This document shows, in pieces, positions 61,824 through 64,000 of a stretch of 64,000 bases of DNA. The number at the start of each line of letters is the position of its first letter. The stretch's first letter is position 1. This DNA is from Bdellovibrionales bacterium (lineage in GTDB: Bacteria > Bdellovibrionota > Bdellovibrionia > Bdellovibrionales > JAUICD01), in NCBI GenBank assembly GCA_965203275.1, contig OZ241865.1, positions 832,001-896,000 on the forward strand, given 5' to 3'. The translations under genes and the position numbers were made by a program. Under the pieces are notes generated by a model. It saw only the letters and a list, made by a program, of their open reading frames with translations, was not told the origin of the DNA and searched no databases.

Positions 61824-62546
61824 GAGCTTGTCCCTGATATCGGTGAAAATAGACGGCTCATAAATTAGTTTTTAATTGTTTTTTCTTTTTGTCAATAATA
61901 ATTTTTTTTAAACTTTGTTCTAATTGTTCTAAATCTTTAAATCCTTTAATGCTTTTGAAATGTTTTTCTGCTTCCAATAGACTCACAGCAGACCATCTTA
62001 AAACTTGATCTGAAGAAGAACTCCAAAGTAGCACAAAATATGTTGAAAGAAAATCTCAATATTTCATTGATCTCTACAATGACAGGTTTATCCAAAGATG
62101 ACATTCTCAAGCTGAAAAAATAATTTGCCTTTTTTAATTATAAGATTTGCTGTTATGGATTTAAAGGAGTATACCAATTTTCAAAATAAAGGGATCTGGC
62201 AACCCGGCATCAGGTACTAAAACTGAACTTGACTGCTTAACACGAGGCTTCCTAACCTGCAACTTTTGACCACCTGCAAGTATGCTACCTTTATCACTAC
62301 CAGCTCTATGAAAATGGAAAGTATCCTTCCTACTAAACGACCATGAGGCAATCAGCCTTTGATCGACGGCAAATGAACTTCTTGTGAAATGAATGACTAT
62401 TTTTGGTACACTTCATAATGGCTCCTTTCTTTTTATTTTTAAAAGTTAATTGTTAATAAAATTTGGTTGGCTGAAATATGCCAACCAGGAGCCTTCTATC
62501 TTAACATCTTCTCTAAGAAAAATTCACCGAATTATAGGACATGCTC
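61824..62546 (-). mobile_element. Decayed IS256-family element with both ends and an 8-bp target duplication
   Basis: Inverted repeats GAGCTTGTCC...TCGGTGAA and GAGCATGTCC...TCGGTGAA. GATTTTTG flanks both sides (61816-61823, 62547-62554). Transposase fragments RAGSDKGSILAGGQKLQVRKPRV and DQVLRWSAVSLLEAEKHFKSIKGFKDL. Confidence 0.85.
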
Positions 62547-62747
62547 GATTTTTGAGGCAATCAGCCTTTGATCGACGGCAAAGAACTTCTTGTTTCCTTA
62601 ACATCCTGTTAAGAAACGAAGAGATCCTTTCTACTAAAAGTGGTCAGGCTTTCTAGGTTGCCAGCAATTGAGAAGGCGAAAGCCTTCGGCTGGCAACCAG
62701 AAAGTGGCCAGAGGCCAGACCACTTTTAGTGAAACAAAGGAGGCGTT

Positions 62748-63062
62748 ATGGCAGAGGCAGCAAAGCACTTATGGATATTATCAAAAGATGAGACATTACA
62801 GGAACTTGCAATGGTGAAAGAGAGAGACAGGAAAGATCAAGCAGCCAGAGAAGAGGGTGCTTATGAGGAAGGAATGAAGAAAGGTCGTAAGGCAGGAATG
62901 GAAAAAGGGATAGAGAAAGGTCGTAAGGAAGGGATGGAGAAAGGGATGGAGAAAGGGATGGAAAAAGTGGCACAAAATATGTTGAAAGAAAACCTCAATA
63001 TTTCATTGATCTCTACAATGACAGGTTTGTCCAAAGACGACATTCTCAAGCTGAAAAAATAA
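62748..63062 (+). CDS. Stand-alone RpnS-like small protein (Rpn C-terminal domain)
   Basis: AAAGGAGG SD, (K/E)GMEKG repeats, VAQNMLKENLNISLISTMTGLS tail. Confidence 0.8.
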   Translation: MAEAAKHLWILSKDETLQELAMVKERDRKDQAAREEGAYEEGMKKGRKAGMEKGIEKGRKEGMEKGMEKGMEKVAQNMLKENLNISLISTMTGLSKDDILKLKK

Positions 63063-63882
63063 TTTGCCTTTTTTAAATTATAAGATTTGCTGGTATGGAT
63101 TTAAAGGAGTATACCAATTTTCAAAATAAGGGATCCTTCTTCTGGGATCTGGCAACCCGGCATCAGGTCCTAAAACTGAACTTTTTCCTTAACATTTCAC
63201 TCAAAATGAACTGGCCTCTGGCCACTTTTGAGCTGGATCTTCAATTTATTTCTTAAATTTCAAAATCATTGCCCTGAGACCAGACTCTTTCCCATTCATA
63301 TCATTAGCTTGTACAAACCTTCATCTTATTTGGCTTTGAAATTCTGTGCTTGCAAATAAAAAATCTAGATGCGAATGGTAATGGACAATGACTGCAAAGG
63401 CTTTCGCCTTTGACAAAATGGTCATCGCCTCAAAAATATATGCATTTTGAGTAGGGCGAATCTCCTTGCTTCTTGACATCATGTTAGGGAAACAAGATAT
63501 GTTTCTAAAATATTTTTGGGGAGCAAGCGGGTCTGCGGAAAATCTCCAGCCTGCCCTCGCCTCCCACTCATAATATTCATTTTTTGAGAGTTACGCAGAA
63601 TCTAAAAAAATAAAAAAACAAAAAGAAAGGAACTTTTTCCTTAACATTGTGTTAAAAAAGGAAAGGATCCTTCCTACTAAAAATAAACGGATTTTTGAGG
63701 CAATCAGCCTTTGATCGACGGCAAATGAACTTCTTGTTTCCTTAACATCCTGTTAAGAAACGAAGAGATCCTTTCTACTAAAAGTGGTCAGGCTTTCTAG
63801 GTTGCCAGCATTTGAGAAGGCGAATAGCCTTCGGCTGGCAACCAGAAAGTGACCAGAGGTCAGACCACTTTTAGTGAAATAA

Positions 63883-64000
63883 TCAAAGCGTCATCGTCCA
63901 TTTTTGGATTAATTGGACAGCTTTATAAGCAGCTTGACTGGATGCCTCTTTGGTAGCACTGCCTAAGTGCGGAGATAATATAACATTTGGAAAACTCAAC
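63883..64000 (-). CDS. D-2-hydroxyacid dehydrogenase (SerA-like), C-terminal end (runs off window)
   Basis: Manual translation gives LSFPNVILSPHLGSATKEASSQAAYKAVQLIQKWTMTL-stop, with the PNVI.(S/T)PH.G motif. Confidence 0.8.
   Translation of the reverse strand, partial: LSFPNVILSPHLGSATKEASSQAAYKAVQLIQKWTMTL

Larger units (their letters stand above)
61121..63880. repeat. Structured modular repeat cluster H interleaved with RpnS cassettes
   Basis: Full modules at 61217-61314, 62633-62730 and about 63777-63875. Partial copies at about 61720, 62190, 63130 and 63385-63540. Confidence 0.88.

Noticed and set aside
63236..63382. Non-repeat island inside cluster H
   Set aside because: No convincing ORF or structure could be assigned.

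Overview
AT-rich bacterial chromosomal segment, probably from a Bdellovibrionota-like organism. That assignment is inferred from the YQNC/FNNC signal-peptide motifs, a delta-type pilin and the gene content. Housekeeping genes (prfA, hemW, cox I/III/IV, rpiB, slt, radA, pgsA, lgt, lysC, lysA, three tRNAs, tmRNA) are interleaved with accessory loci. These include a complete but rearranged SspABCD-SspE phosphorothioate defence system. Its sspC 3' end is amplified four times, and a lytic transglycosylase/lipoprotein cassette sits between sspC and sspD. There is also a type III R-M system with a frameshifted mod, two Rpn (PD-(D/E)XK) nuclease genes with internal RpnS-type starts, and a decayed IS256-family element. 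The most striking unexplained signal is a dispersed, clustered family of ~100-nt modules that I do not recognise. Their nested helices show extensive compensatory change, G-U pairs and GNNA tetraloops, and helix variants are shuffled between copies. Members of this family sit inside both Rpn genes, separating the nuclease part from the putative antitoxin tail. All calls come from reading the sequence; no searches were run.
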